Positions 34,261 through 35,185 of a stretch of 35,185 bases of DNA are shown here, one piece after another (position 1 is the first letter of the stretch; every line of letters starts with the position of its first letter). The position numbers were made by a program, and so were the translations under genes. The stretch covers positions 62,001 to 97,185 of the forward strand of contig JYFJ02000988.1 of the NCBI GenBank assembly GCA_000934665.2, written 5' to 3'. The notes beneath the pieces were generated by a model. That model worked only from the letters and a program-made list of their open reading frames with translations, did not search any database and was not told the origin of the DNA. The DNA comes from Catajapyx aquilonaris. Lineage: Eukaryota.

Positions 34261-35185
34261 TATTTCTGAGGTGGGCAGCTCAAAAGAAGGAATTTTTGGG
34301 GTTCAAGGTCACACAAGCTACTGGGAGATTTGAATGGGTGTGTAGGTCTAGTAGTTGATGAAATTGAACTGGAACGTGAACGACCCCCTGGGAATGCAAC
34401 TCTGCCACAATTTTTTTCAGCAGTACCAGACACAATTTGGCCCCCCCAAATTTGCCGCTCTTGAACTTGACTGCCATTGGGCAAGTGTAGTGGGGTGCGG
34501 CCTGGAAGGAAGGTGTAAATTAATTCTTGCCTGAGAGCAGCAGTGAGTTCCAGGACTTGTCGCAAGAGGAGGATGCCCATAACGAGACATTGATGTAGGT
34601 CAGTATCATGAGGAAGACAGGTCTCAATGCACTTGCATGGATTTGAGTGTTTGCTCCTGTGCAATGTTGACTAGTGATTGAATTACCTGACAGCAATAAA
34701 ATGACATTATTCTGAATGTAACTGCTTTCTCTGGGAAAATGGGGGGGCGGAAAACCTTTTGTGCTGAGCTCCAAGTCTTTGCCTTTACAGCCTTTGTTTC
34801 CAACATCGACTAGATCAGGTTCTGGAATTTTGGGAACACCTGCGATGTCTCGCAGTATCTCCACTTAATCAGTTCTGCAACTTGACCATTATCAGCTTCT
34901 TTGGCATTGCTCTTGTTGGAAAACGACAATGTATATTAAGCAGTTTTTTGGTGTTGCATGGCTGGAAAATATCTATTCAAAATGTCAATTTGCCTAATTT
35001 TTGTGTGCAGGAAGTTAAGTTCAATTTCCATGTAATGGCATATGTTGACCCTTTTCTATTGTGTTGTATGTTTTAGAATATTATTTAATTCTCTTTCCAG
35101 GGCTGGTAATTTGCAGCCTGCTGCTGAGATGGTGCCACTCTGGAAGCCAGCAGTCCTGCCTGAAATGATCATCATTTTTCTTGTA

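Overview
Eukaryotic, AT-rich genomic DNA, most likely from an arthropod (inferred from a divergent ionotropic receptor and short introns). Three protein-coding genes can be supported. TTC5 is on the minus strand (8 exons, 440 aa, first intron GC-AG). HYOU1/GRP170, an ER Hsp70-family chaperone, is on the plus strand (7 exons, 933 aa, C-terminal HGEL) and lies head-to-head with TTC5 across a 784-bp bidirectional promoter with ERSE- and CRE-like motifs. An intronless divergent ionotropic receptor is on the minus strand (648 aa). The first ~18 kb has no recognisable coding gene but holds several small mobile elements. The most unusual is a 266-bp TSD-flanked non-coding retro-insertion (13721-13986) made of a multi-stem RNA resembling the conserved 5' motif of RTE/I-group LINEs fused to an I/Nimb-like 3' tail, inserted inside a MITE. 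A tRNA-derived SINE is likewise inserted in the centre of a 20-bp palindrome. Other repeats are a Harbinger-type MITE in HYOU1 intron 1, a three-armed AT-rich inverted repeat, a 1.17-kb foldback and short palindromes in the promoter. The right end may carry a spliced non-coding plus-strand transcript. All family assignments come from reading the sequence and recalling known motifs; no database search was run.
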